Part shown: piece by piece, positions 1 through 13,100 of the stretch
Layout of the letters: each line of letters begins with the position of its first letter
Position numbering within the stretch: position 1 is the stretch's first letter
Source: Catajapyx aquilonaris
Lineage: Eukaryota
Length of the DNA: 64,000 nt
NCBI GenBank assembly: GCA_000934665.2
Contig: KZ537962.1
Span: 124,001-188,000, forward strand
Direction of reading: 5' to 3'
Notes under the pieces: model-generated
Told to the model about the DNA's origin: nothing
The model's input: the letters and a program-made list of their open reading frames with translations, nothing else
The model's database searches: none
Position numbers and translations under genes: made by a program

Positions 1-3000
1 ACTTGTAATCTCAATGGCTACACAGGGTCCTGAACTTAGATGATTCGCCATGGACTGTAAAATCAGATATCAATTATTGTCACTCACTGTCTAAGTAGTA
101 TAATAGGCAAATGATATTGATCTCTAAAACTAACGGTGTATTCCATGAGAACATCCTTGTACACCTCGTAGAATTCTGCTGCATCCACATGCTCCATATG
201 GAACATCTGCAGTGCTGTCAGTTTGAAGCCCTTCATCTGTATGTCCCTCACGATTTGTCCCAAAAATTTATCTCTGATCACATGTGGTTTCAAAATGCAG
301 CAGGTGCAGTTGGTGAAGCGAGCAGATGTTATGGGGGCCCGCATTTTAGCCTCCTTGGTGTCAGGGAAAAAGAACCGCAACTCCTAGAAATACAATGCAA
401 AGTCATGCTCTGCAGTTCAGGGGCCATCCCTTTTTAGCTGGCCCACATGGTTATCCTACAGAAATCATGTGAGCCTGCTAAAATGCAGTGGCCACAGAAT
501 CTATATCTTAAGTGAATTATAACGATCAATTATTATCAGTCTGCAAAACTACATGCTCTTTTCTCTTGTGCTTGGCAAGGTCAGTGATTATCATGCATAC
601 ACCTTTTCAAGAGAAAATAAACCCATTTCTTTTTAACTGATTACTGATAATGATACAGAACAAGTGGTTGATTCTTGTCTTTCAATAATAGCAATAAACT
701 AAACCTGCCACTTGTTCAGGATCCACCATTGATTGTGCATCCCACCATTAAGATCAGCAGCCTCAGGAAAGAGTCAACTTACCCTCAATGCAGCTTGTGG
801 GCTGTCTGAGCCATGAGCTGCATTGCGTGTAGTATCGGCTCCAAACCTGGCCCGGACAGATTCAGGGGCCTCTTCCTTTGCCTTTAGTGAGTCTGTGGGC
901 CCCAAGATATCCCTCCATATTTGCACTGCATTCTCCCTGACTAGTTCCAAGGCAAGGACTGGCCCAGATGTTAAATACTTGATCAGGTTGCTGTCAATAA
1001 TATTACATATCATTTCAAACCAAATTTCAACCCAACTTCATATCAAATCCCTTGCAACAACAATATTTGGTGAAGAAACATATTTTGTGGCTGAAGCCTG
1101 GCAAAGGAATGTGGGTAGTGATGTCGGTAGCATTTAATTGTCAGTGTCATTGTCGCCATTGTCACTTCAGCAGCCAAGTTACAATACTACTACTGTAACA
1201 ATATTTGCCAAGAGCAATACTTGCTTCTAAAGGTTTTTAACACTGCAGTAAGATGGAAGGCCCCAAACTGCTGGATTATTGTAGACTTTGCAGGCTCCCT
1301 GGGTACCCTCAATCCCCCCTGAACATTGTTACATCTCTGCAACTACGACAGCAACATTGTTGCTCCAAGCATATGGGAGTTTTGGAAGTGTAAAGTTGTA
1401 GGCGGATACAAACACCTTCATATGCTAGGGCACCAAACACTGCCATTCCCCTTCTTTCTTGTTTGGAATGATTTGGTTTCCATGAAAATGTCACCATACA
1501 AATTACTAAGTGCAAGACTCGATGTGCATCCTGGATCCCACACCCCAGTATGTAGCACCAATTCTTATTGATTATTCTCTCTCCATGACAGGGAAGTTTA
1601 CCAAACTGGCTGGCACTGCCCTCCTGCTCCCATCCCGATCCCTACAACTGACTTACAAGTGGCCATCCAAATAATAACATTCCTCATGAAATCTGCACAA
1701 ATCACCATCCGGGAACATAGGCCCATATTTCAGAAAGTCCTGCACCAAATTGGGAGTCTACAACAATCCAGCTCTTTCTCTGCTGCATTACCTGTAAAAG
1801 GGTTTGTCTCGATGCTCTATGTAGAACTCTCTTGCCATGTCTGCATTTAGAATGGCCATCTTTGCACGTGATACACGGAAGCCATGCAGATTCATCACAA
1901 CCAAGATCTCACCCATGTTATCCATTGCATCTGGCTTGATCATTGCAAAGGTCCTAGATGGGGTGGGAAGAGTAGTTATTTAACTTTACAAGTTCAATAT
2001 GAACCAATCATACACAATGTATGGTTAAATGCAGGTCCCTCTGTTTAAGTGCACTAGTTTCTTATGTTACTAGCACCACCAATCTGGTTTTCCCTGCAGA
2101 GACCAAAAAGGCAAAAGCATGGTTTTCACAGAATGGGGTGTATTCAACTTCCAGGTTGGGTTGTTTAATGTACTTCCTGAACTATGACTGGTATTTGTGC
2201 ATTTTTTTTTTAGCAAACTGCTCACCTCTGTAGCTTCTCGCACAGAAGATTCTTGGTGAAGCCATCAGCAAAGTCAACCAAAGTCATCCTTTTGGACAGA
2301 ATAGTGACAGTGCTTCCCACGTACATGTCACTTAGATTGATATCCTTCAGAGTGGTCCTTCGCACAACCTTCTTGTTTGTTTTGGTGTCATACTTTTTAA
2401 AGCATATGTAAAGACAAAGAGTTATTTGATTACTATGAAAGTCGATCATTTTTTTTTTTTTAACAATATAATTCTTCGATATTGTTTCTCAAAATCTTCA
2501 TCAGCAGTTTAAAATTACTTTGGCATGGTTAAGGTGCAGGTAGCAGGTTAGTCACACTTTCTTAACATTTGGTAATTTATGTTTACATGTGAACACTGAT
2601 TTAGCTTAGGATTTAGGAGAAGAAATTTTTACCAAAATTAACATACTTCAGATATGCAAATCTTGCTTCCTGACAAGAATGGAATCATACTCCATGTATT
2701 CATTAACATACAATATGCCAATCACTTACAAGTTCAATTCCATCGTCATTTGAGTAGTAGAACAGCAAGTAGCGCCTGAGGATTGATGCCTGAGTGTCAT
2801 ACCACTCAGCAAAGAAGGCAAATCGCTGAACTTCTGGACCTTGCTGCTGTTTCCATTTAAAAAAAACACATGTCAAAGTATAATAACAAGTATATTTTAA
2901 ACATTGTGGGCCAACCATAAATAAAACAATGACCTAAATGGGTAAGATGCATTCAGTCTAATAAGTCAGCTCCTACCCATCAACGCATCACAAGGCCACC

Positions 3001-3217
3001 CCAGACCACAGCCAAGTGTGATAACTTAGGGTGACAGGAGGCTTGAGCTAGACATGGAAGTCTCACGTCTGGCATATAAAAATGGTGTCAAATGCAATAT
3101 AGTTTATGACTTCTCAATGATAAGTAATCACAGTTGGGTGTGGCATCAAGATAAGGTGGTGGGTGGAAGCTGACTTACCTGGCGGAATGCAATGCACAAG
3201 CTATCATTACCAGGCAT
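1..3217 (-). CDS. NME7: Nucleoside diphosphate kinase 7 (DM10 + two NDK domains), 3' end outside window
   Basis: Exons with GT-AG boundaries and consistent phase: 3179-3217 (candidate first, MPGNDSLCIAFRQ), 2730-2846 (RFAFFAEWYD, DM10), 2226-2392, 1792-1953 (TFAMIKPDA), 783-990 (SGPVLALEL...NAAHGSDS), 135-383 (CTCCILKPH, second NDK domain), 1-54 (SGPCVAIEI). The first coding exon is less certain than the rest. Confidence 0.93.
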
Positions 3218-3228
3218 TATGAGGTTGA

Positions 3229-3458
3229 TTGGTTGGTTGGTTTGTTGATTGTGCCAAAGCAACTAAGGCTACCTGGCATTCGTGTGATGGGTTTTTGGTA
3301 GCGGGAAGAAACGGGAGAACCCCAAGAAAACCCACGCAAACACAGCGAGAACCCATCAAAACTCTTCCACATAAGTGTCCTCTGTCCGACCCAGGAATCA
3401 AACTCGGGACCTTAGAGGTGGAAGGCTGTGGCGTTAACCACTACACCACCGTGTCGCA
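3229..3458 (-). mobile_element. tRNA-derived SINE with V-domain-like core and (AACC)n tail
   Basis: Minus strand has A-box TGGTGTAGTGG, B-box-like GAGTTTGATTCC, core GCGTGGGTTTTCTTGGGGTTCTCCCGTTTCTTCCC resembling the V-SINE central domain, and an AACC tail. Perfect 14-bp TSD CATTATGAGGTTGA at 3215-3228 and 3459-3472. Confidence 0.9.
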
Positions 3459-4559
3459 CATTATGAGGTTGAGAGAAGGAAAGTTTGTCAGGGTGCATCA
3501 TAATCAGTGGACATCCCATTTGGCTCTATCAGGCACTGGCATGTGCATTGATGCATGCATACGTGAACGTAATGCAGGTTCACAAAATTTGAGCCAAGTT
3601 GCATATTACAGCTGCAGAGCAGAACATTGCAGTGCCATTGCAAGGCTCATGATATCTTAAATGGCCTTTCCTCACAACTTATACAGCTTATTGCGCCGAA
3701 TTAAATTGCTTACTGTAACCATACTATACATATAGCCACTCGAAACATAGCCATACATCTGCCACAAGCACAGCTGGGAAAATTTTGGTTTTAAACTGCT
3801 CCAGCAAAATTTAAATCATTGCTTGTGAAGCAAAAATATTTCAAAATTAAATCTTCAACAAAGTCCCAGACTGCAAACAAAAGGTGGTAACATGAATAGT
3901 GGATCGCAAATATTGCAAAAACTTTCAGTGGACAATGAGTATTACATACTCATAGCATACATTGGCATACCAGTGAGTACCCCTTTGAATTTTTCTGAAC
4001 TACACTGTCACTCAGTACTTTGAATTAAGAGCTGAATACATTAAGGGAACTGATTATTTTGCACATTAAGGTTTAATGCATGGCAATGGGTCCCTCAAAG
4101 GTCAGGTTGCACCAATGAAGGCGCAATTGCCTATTGAGGATCTGTTATTGTTGCTGCTGGCAATATCAAATGACAACAAGAACAAGGACAAATGCCTGGC
4201 CAACAATCAACCTTCAACCAGCAACCTGGCCTAAGTTGCACTTGAACCCGATTCCATTTTCTTTCTCTTGCAAAATCAAAACAGAAAAGAAGCGTGCTCT
4301 GACCTGATGGCTTAAGTACAAGGTAAACAATAGGACGAATGGCATATAGTGATGGTCTGTCAACCCCCAAAACTGCAAAAAGAGAATACGGGTGAATCCC
4401 ATCTAAACAAACTCTCAACTGATCAATGCCACACACCATTTTCACCAAAAGTTGAAACTCCCTGGACGGTGCTCGCAACTACAGCTGGAAGGTGCTGCTT
4501 GTTTGTTCTGGAAAGGACAAATCGATCCTGCAATAAGTTTCCTGGAGCCTCCCTGCCTC

Positions 4560-5051
4560 CCCCTCCGGTGCCAGAAAATGCCTTACTTTCGGTCCCGTTG
4601 CCCGTTCCTCACGGCAAACAACAGTTGTCAACAAACTTGTTGACTTTCCACAGTCAATGAGACGCCATATTGTTTGTTGCCATCCACAAAGGCGGACATC
4701 TTGGAGCTCCTGGCCAATCAGCCACGTCCTTCCAGCACCACGTGACCACCTAGGTGCAATCACGGCCATATTGAAAATCCGACCAATCAGCAACCTGACT
4801 CAAGTCACGTGATACACGGACTCGCAACATGGCGCCCCACATGAACGGAGTAAATTCGCACCATTAAATTTCGCATTCAATCCAAGCGAGCACCACAGAT
4901 GCTGACCCGCTTCTTGCCAAAATTTCGGGTCCGCTTCGTGCAATTTGTCGGGGGCCATCTGACGGCGACTTGTGACATGACGTCAGACGCAAAAAACGAC
5001 GGAGAGAGAGAGAAGGTGGGGGGACGGGTGGTAGAGAGAGGGGGGGCAGAT

Positions 5052-5091
<40 letters not shown>

Positions 5092-5150
5092 GCGCCAGAG
5101 AGTGAGCAGAGTCCCGCAGCTCCATTGCCATTGCGACAGTCTGGGGTACG
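4560..5150. promoter_or_regulatory. CpG-rich bidirectional promoter between NME7 and MO25/CAB39
   Basis: CpG-enriched, with CCAATCA twice, CACGTG E-boxes (~4738, ~4806), YY1-like CAACATGGCG, CRE TGACGTCA (~4978) and (GA)n. Candidate first-exon donors: minus strand AAA|GTAAGG at ~4586, plus strand GG|GTACGT at 5146. Confidence 0.6.
5057..5086. repeat. (GA)n microsatellite
   Basis: Directly visible. Confidence 0.9.
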
Positions 5151-6681
5151 TGCACCTGTCTCCGATGGTCGTTGTACTGTACTGCACTCCTGGATCCGTC
5201 TGCTTGCCCTGTCATCACTCGTGGTGTTTGCGCTGGACCATACTGGAGGGGGTCAGAGAGTAGGGGTGGGGGGAGAAAAAAAAGGATGACACGGGGTCAG
5301 CCAGTCAGGAAATGAGTGCGAGTTAAAGAGAGTGCGTGCGTGTGTGGTCAGGACTGCATTGTTGTTGTGTGTGCCTTTGCGGAGATAGGGGCAGGCGTGT
5401 AACATGCGTGTGATCCTGTGGGGTGATCGGACCACAGGGTGTGTCAATACAAAGTGTTGGGCCAACTGCGTCAACGGGGGAGGGTGGCGGTGGAGGAGGG
5501 TGGGTTGACTCAACTGGTGTTGTCATGCATTCCCCTCCCCTCTTCCTTCCTTCCTTGGGGTCAAGGTGATGCTGGTGGTTTAAGTAGGGGGGGAACAAAA
5601 CTGCTGCTCAGGTGTGTGTGTGTGTGAGAGAGAGAGAGAGATGGGGTGGGCAGGCAGGTAGGTAGGTAGGGAGAGAGGGGAAGCTTATCTCTGATGCTCC
5701 ACTGATGTAGGGCAGGCCAAGAGGCACATTTTGCATAAACAAACCTAAAAAGGGGGACGCTCTATTCACTTGCGCACTCGGCCAATGCAACGTTTTGCAA
5801 GGGCCTTCCACGCACTCCTTCGAGGCATTTTTGAATCTCTAGTTGTCATTTGTCCACAAAGTTTATTATCATTGGTTCAGTGACATGTGCTCTGATGAGT
5901 GTGATGCACTTTCTATACGTGGCATTAATTGTCAGCGTGAGTGATGCTGGATAAGGGCAGGCTGGTTCCTTCTCAACTGATGGAGGGCTTGGAGCTTTTA
6001 GTACAATCTTTGCCACATAATCACATTTTTTTCTTGGTTTCATTATCTGTTGTTGACTAGTTGCAGTATTGCAACTAGGCAGCATAATACATGAGCAAGA
6101 CATTAAAATTTCAGCAGGTGCCATCCAGTGGAAATATCGGCTTCGAGTGTTTCACAGAGTGCTCCGCTAAGAATAAAATTAAGGATGCAAACATTTAAAT
6201 CACCTGTGAAAAGTGTTTAGATGTGAATAATTAAGAAAATGACCTTGCGTGTACAGCATGTCTGGATATGAAAAGGATGCTATTATGTGTAACTTTGATG
6301 CTTATGTAACAAACAGTTGTATTTTTAGAAAGCTTTTATCGCAGGTGGGCAAAGAATGTGATAAGTGAGAAATATTACTTTAGCCCTCTAATCCATGCAA
6401 TATGTACTTTACAGGTGCCTTTCCTATGGCTTTGTGGTGAAGTGCATCAGTTCCTGAGGGTTCCTTCCTCAGAAGAGGCAACATCAACTGCTAGTCTGTA
6501 CGAAGCAGAGGGCACAAGCACAGCAGAGGACGACACAGGCTATAGACGGAAGGGTAGCCTTGAGTGTTCTCATCTACCTTGGTCCCCGAATTTTTTTAAA
6601 ACCCCCCTCCACCACTAGTGTGAACTCCTGTGCTGTGGGCAAAGCAGCTCAATTTGTCCCCGCCTCATCTGAGCTTGCGCC

Positions 6682-9600
6682 ATGCCCCTCTTTGGAAAGT
6701 CACAGAAGAGCCCAGCGGAGGTGGTGAAAGCATTGAAGGAGGCCATAACTTCGCTGGAACGTGGGGATAAAAAGGCAGAGAAGGTTCGAATATTGACACC
6801 TAATTCTAATTATAGCCTGCATCACTGTTGTGAAGGTGTACCTTGCTTTGGGGCAGCCGATTATTAACTTTAATCCGTCTCCTTGATATTCGGGTCACAT
6901 TCCATCTATCACACTTTAGAATAATATGCCATATGAAGCACATGCCTCGTGACATTAGGTGCATTAACCCCTTTGAACCAGGTGGTTTGTACATCTTATC
7001 AGTAGTGGAAAACGAAACTGCATATTCAGTGAAACCCAAGCTTCCCACTGAATAGTGTTGCTAGAACGTAAGCAGGGGTTTATACTGTCTTACTATCAAT
7101 TGAGAAAATTCACAAATTTTGCAAGACAAAAACCAAAAACAAGCCTAATAAATTATCATTCTTTTGCCCAGAGGGCTTCCCACAGCCTTGTCCACATATG
7201 TCCCACAGCCTTGTCCACAAAAAGAGCAACTGTAGTGTGCCTATAGCTTTACAATCACTGAATATTGACCATTCTTATGGAGTTATAGAAGGATCACACA
7301 ATCCCCTCTCCCTATCGGCTGGGAGACAGGCAAGGTGCCAGACTGTGGCCGCCAGTTTCAATGAAGGCGTTTTGGTGTGGGGTGCACCAGCTACCGATCA
7401 TACCCCAACCCAGTGCAACCTTGCCACAACCGCACAATGTGGAAACCTACCACTCTGAATGGTGCACAAAGTCTTAGGATTCTTTTGACAGTCTGGCCCA
7501 AAATGCCAACAAGAGTTTTCCCATCATAGAGCCTACACCCTTTGAGAGACCTCTTGGACATTTTGAAACCACTCGCATAGCCACTTGCCAATGTTGTTGT
7601 TACTGTCCCCCCTCCCCTTTACCAAAATAAGCCTAAACCTCCTGATTTAAAGGGGTTAATATGTGTGTGAAATCTCCAGGAAATGGCGTAGAAAGTTGAG
7701 TTTAAGCTGTGTCATATATTGTCACATATGGTAAAATCTGTTAGGGATAGATTTCAAATTACAAATATTAGAATCAGCTTGGAATCTGGAAATTCGTATT
7801 ATCTAGTTGTAATGATCATATGATTTAAGCCCTCTTCATTATCATTGACATCATGATTCACCCATTGTCCTGGAAGCTTTTTAGATGTTTTATTGTCTTT
7901 TGGATTAGTGTGCAAGAGAGAAGGCAGTGCAGTAGTTATGAAACATGATTAACTCTCTGGTTACATGGAATTACTGTAGTAAGAAAGTACATGTAGGAAT
8001 TGTGCATTTTGCATATTCCAACACACTTGGCACTACATGGTGGAGTCATACTGTGCTACTCTGGCTTGATAACAGCTCCAAACAGATTGTACTGGGAAAA
8101 GGCTGAATTCTTCAATGGTCTCCTGGAAATTTATGAACATGTAGATGCAGGTGCTACTGCATTATTTTGAAACGGAGCATGATGTGATACCTTTTGTGTG
8201 CATTGTCTCCAGTAGCCAATCAGGCTCCAGTTTTGTTATTGAAACATAGGATATTTGGTAAAAGTTGGAATTGGAATATGGAAAATTGGTTTTCTCAAAT
8301 ATGGTACATGAGAAATCTGTATAAGCGGTTAGTAGGGGCCGTTGAATTGGTGAAGGATTTTAATGACACCAAAGCATGACTGGTGTGCATTCATGAATAA
8401 TTATGTTCTTCTCGAACAGTTCCACAAGGGCATCTTACAGCATCCTCCAGTCAGACCTGATCTTGCATTGTGTACCTTTTAAATGAGGGGTTGGATCGAA
8501 AAACTTGATTACCCTCCTACTCTACTGTGAGGGTTATCAAGTTTTTCAATCCAACCCCTCAAATGTATTTCACCATTTTGGTTTTGACTGCTAAAGTAAG
8601 CCTATGTAATGGCCATGTTTCTGTGTCAGAGGAATTCATAAATTTTCTTTCCAGGCTCAGGAAGATGTGAGCAAAAATCTGGTGCTGATCAAAACAATGC
8701 TGTACGGGACGGCAGACACAGAGCCTCAGACGGACATTATTGTTGCCCAGTTGGCCCAAGAGATGTATAACAGCAACCTCCTCCTCATGTTGATCCAAAA
8801 CTTAAGTCGAATCGACTTTGAGGTACGGAAAAGTGAGCAATATCCGGAATTGAGCCCTGTTGCTGACATCTTTGTGGATATATTCACAGGGGAAGAAAGA
8901 CGTAGCTCAGATCTTCAACAACATTCTTCGGCGCCAGATTGGCACCAGATCACCAACTGTAGAGTACATCTGCACCAAACCAGAGATCCTTTTCACTCTG
9001 ATGAGAGGGTAAGACCTACCTGGGATTTATGACCACCTTCATGCCCACCTTGCCATGGTATTTGGATTGGTTGGTGATTGTTTGAATTCTAGGTACGAGC
9101 ACCAAGACATAGCACTCAATTGTGGCACAATGCTTAGGGAATGTGCGCGCTATGAAGCTCTCGCCAAAATAATGCTTTATTCAGATGACTTTTATAATTT
9201 CTTCAAGTATGTGGAAGTATCCACATTCGACATTGCTTCCGATGCATTTTCCACCTTTAAGGTAACTTTTGGCTTCAATTTTGTGCCAATAGTTATTATA
9301 GTCTAGCATGATTGTTAACGTTATTTTTAATGTCCAGGAGCTTCTAACTCGTCACAAAATGCTTTGTGCGGAGTTCCTGGAAACCAACTACGACCAAGTA
9401 TTTACCCACTACCAACGCCTCCTCAACTCGGAAAATTACGTGACGAGGAGGCAGAGCCTGAAGCTTCTAGGCGAACTGCTTCTTGACAGGCACAACTTTA
9501 CTGTAAGTCAGACTGCTTCAGAGAAGAGCTGGTGAATTGATTGATTTCATCAATTTGTTCTCCAGGTGATGACAAGATACATCTCCAACCCAGACAACTT

Positions 9601-10138
9601 GAAGCTGATGATGAACATGCTGAAAGAGAAGTCAAGAAACATCCAGTTTGAAGCTTTTCATGTATTCAAGGTAGTTATGAGAAGCCATTAGTGCAATGAC
9701 TGTTGTTATGTACTGTATTAATTTGTCATGTGAATGCATCTTGTTATCCTGAGCTTGTTTTTGCAGGGCTGTTATGTTTTTAGCATAACCATTTGGAAGG
9801 GTCATTAACATCAGCAAACAGTTTCATTTGCATGGCCTTGATCCAATGTTGTTTGATAAGTGTAGGGAATATATTTGAGGCTTTTCTGTCTACAAGTGCT
9901 GCATAGAATGCAATTCATGATAACATCTGTGCTTAACTAATTTTTATTATTTCAGGTGTTTGTGGCAAACCCAAATAAACCAAAGCCAATCCTAGACATC
10001 CTCCTTCGCAACCAGGAAAAACTGGTGGACTTTCTGACCAAATTCCACACGGACCGCTCAGAAGACGAGCAGTTCAATGACGAGAAGGCGTACTTGATCA
10101 AACAGATCAAGGAGCTGAAACCTGTCCCGGACCACTAG
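6682..10138 (+). CDS. CAB39: MO25 / calcium-binding protein 39 (LKB1-STRAD scaffold)
   Basis: Exons 6682-6783, 8655-8822, 8890-9008, 9093-9261, 9338-9502, 9566-9670, 9956-10138, all GT-AG and in phase. Motifs [64 protein letters not shown]...[15 protein letters not shown]. Candidate AATAAA at 11856. Confidence 0.97.
6968..7655. mobile_element. piggyBac-like non-autonomous element in a CAB39 intron
   Basis: TTAA on both sides (6964-6967, 7656-7659). Termini CCCCTTTGAACCAGGTGGTTT and AAACCTCCTGATTTAAAGGGG are imperfect inverted repeats starting with CCC. Confidence 0.7.
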
Positions 10139-13100
10139 CAAGGCTGTTTTATCCATGCCAAAAATGGGAATGGAGGAGGATAGTATGGGGGTAAGGTTTT
10201 TGGTGGGTGAAGGGATGTGCAGTAGATTTTTTTATGGAGAGATGTGGCAGAGAAATATAAATGATAAAAGATAAATACAGGCCATAGATTATCTGGAGGG
10301 ATAATGGTGGGGCGCAGGGGGTAAAAGTAATTCTTTTGCGTGTGTGTCTCTCCATGGCTGTGCCTTTTTTTTTTCTTGGTGAGATATATCTGGGACCGGT
10401 GATTGTTTTCTTTTGCCCCCTCTTCCCTTCAAGCACCTTCCCCCTCTCCGTCATCCCACCCTATCAATCCTCTCCTTTACGAGTGGGCTGCCTGTACAGA
10501 AATGATGATTAGAAGTCTAATTACCTCCTATCTCCCAGCCATTGCCCTCCCCACTGGTGGCGCTCTCTGCATGGCAGAAATTGTCTAATGGCAGCGTAAG
10601 TTCTGGCTGATTGTGCGTCATTCCATACCTGCCCTGGTCTCCTTTCCCGCAGAATGGAAAGGGGGACAAAATTTATCTCACATGAAAATAATAGAGAGAA
10701 AAAGAATTGTGGTCTGTCACCTATTTTTCAGAGATGATCACACTTTTTCCTTAAGCTCCTATCGTCTCTTTTTTCCTGCCTTGGATAGCCTATGCAGAAG
10801 GCATGCAAAAATAAAAGATATAATATAAATGCAGTAAATAGTGAAGGAAAAGTCAGGTCTCCCTAAGCGCCGTTGAGGTGATTTTCAACACAACACTTCT
10901 GTTTTAATGCCGATCTATGTTTTTTGTGTAGCAAAGGTGGAAACACTGTCATAGTTGGGCTTTATACCTTTTGAAACTAGGAAATTTATGGGATTCCTGT
11001 GCCCCTCTTTATTATATTCACATAGTGTCCATTTTACCTGCCATTCAGCTGATATTTTTTCATGTTGACACACGTGAATAGGCTTCTCCTCCCCTCCTCC
11101 TCACTTGCTTTCATGAGCCAGGGTTCATGTATTAAAATCAGTATGCTTCCTTCCTTGTAGTTACTTGCAGTAATTATAGTCAGGTTAGGAAGAGAGAAAT
11201 AAGTCATGGGTCAGGGGTCAGGGGAGGGAGATGTAGCTATCACAGTATGTTTTTTTTAGGTAGTCTCACAACAAGAGTGGAAATTGAGGATTTATGTTTC
11301 TTCCCCCGGTTAGCCTTTTGAATGTCTTCCAAGCCCTGATTTTCACTTCCTCATAAATTTCAACTCGCAATTCGGGGAAAGGCAAAGTATTTTCCAGGCA
11401 ATTTCTGGTCCCTCTAAGAAGGGCCTTTAAAAATTTTCAACGTAGGTGTAATCCGTGTGTGAGAAAAACATGCTGCAACCTCCTGTTCACAAGCATGTTT
11501 CTTAACCATGATATCACCACACAATGACCAGACAAATACGCACTAGTTGTGATACAATAGTAGGTATATTTTATTTGTGGCCCCTCTCAAATTAAGTGTT
11601 TCATATGCATGTTTTTTTTCTTTGGAGATGTCTTTGTGTTAGGAAGGTGACATGTTTAGACGGAAAAAAAATGCAAAATCACAAAAAAAAGCATGGAGCC
11701 ATTAGTGTGAGTAATGTATTTCCTTAGTTAATCCAGTCACTCAATTTTTACATGCCAGGATGTGAAAGGAAAAGCGCCAGTCGTGTCGCAGACTAGAGTG
11801 TCAACTGCATGGGGCAGCAACATGTACCTCTGTAGGCACTGTTCAGTGGCAGAAGAATAAATGCATTCACTGCATTTCTTTGCTGTTGCACCTGTTTTAT
11901 TTTGGATCGCTACAGTTTAGTCATTAATTAGGGAGCTTTTCTTTGATGCCCATCACGCAAGTTGGGTGGTTAGACTCAGATGGGGGAGTTAGGAGGGATG
12001 GGGAGTGGACAGCGGTTGTGAAGGAAAACTAATGTAAAAGCTTACATTGGGCTTTATAAAATTGTAGATAACTGGAGTAATTCTGTTTGCGTTTCCCTTG
12101 TCCCTAAGCACACGATGCCCTCCTGCTTTCAGACATGGTTTGCACACAAGTAGTTGAGCCTCCGCCCTAAAAGGAAGTAGTGCGAAAGGGGGATGAAATT
12201 GGGGAAGCACTACCTAATGACACACACCCACACACATTCACACACTGCATTCATGTATGTTATTCTCATTTAATACTGATTTTTCCCACCCACCCCCTGC
12301 AAGTATCACTCTGAGATGTGGACTTGCTTTGCAATGTTTTCAGGAGGAAGTTTGAGAGTTATTTTTAAAAAAGACAATGGCAGCTGATTTGAGGGGATAA
12401 ATTTCTGAGGTCCAAATTGTGAAGACCAGTCGATTTATATTTTAGCATTGTCGGCGGAGTTGTAACCGGTCATTACTAATTGTTAATTGATAGCTCTGAG
12501 ATAATCATGTCTCCCTTTTTGGTTTCCTTTTAGGGAGGACTATGTTTGTGTCATGGCCAATAATTATTGTGTAAAGAAAGGAATTGATTTTCATTTAATG
12601 TGTACATAATGAAAAGTGTAAGTGTGACTTTCTCCTTTTATTGCAAACCTAATCAGGGTTTACAAAATGGCTTTTGCATTTTGCATGTGTTGGGAGCCAG
12701 AATCATTGAAGAGATCCCAGGAAATGAAAGAGTTCCTGGGAGGTTGTAAGTTACGACACTTTTATGTATCAAAAATTATCCAGCAGATTTCTGTTTCATT
12801 GGAATTTTTTTATGGTGCCTACTATTCAGGCTGACTTGTGATTTCAAGGGAATTTGGTTCGCTACAATACATGCAATTGCAATAATTCATAAGAAAGAGG
12901 AGAAGTATGTAATGCCTTTGTGGAATTAAATGAGCCTTGTTACCTAATCTACTTCTGTGTTACCCGATTTATGTCCTTGACCCAGTTTTGCAGCCAACAA
13001 AGCAGCTTGGGTGCGTTCCTGCCTCTGCACCAATCTGTTTAGCCGCAACTATGTCAGAGGGCAATACGATACCTTATAATTAATATGATCTTTGATTGAG

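Noticed and set aside
3380..3458. tRNA gene
   Set aside because: A/B boxes belong to a SINE head with body, tail and TSD; no convincing cloverleaf.
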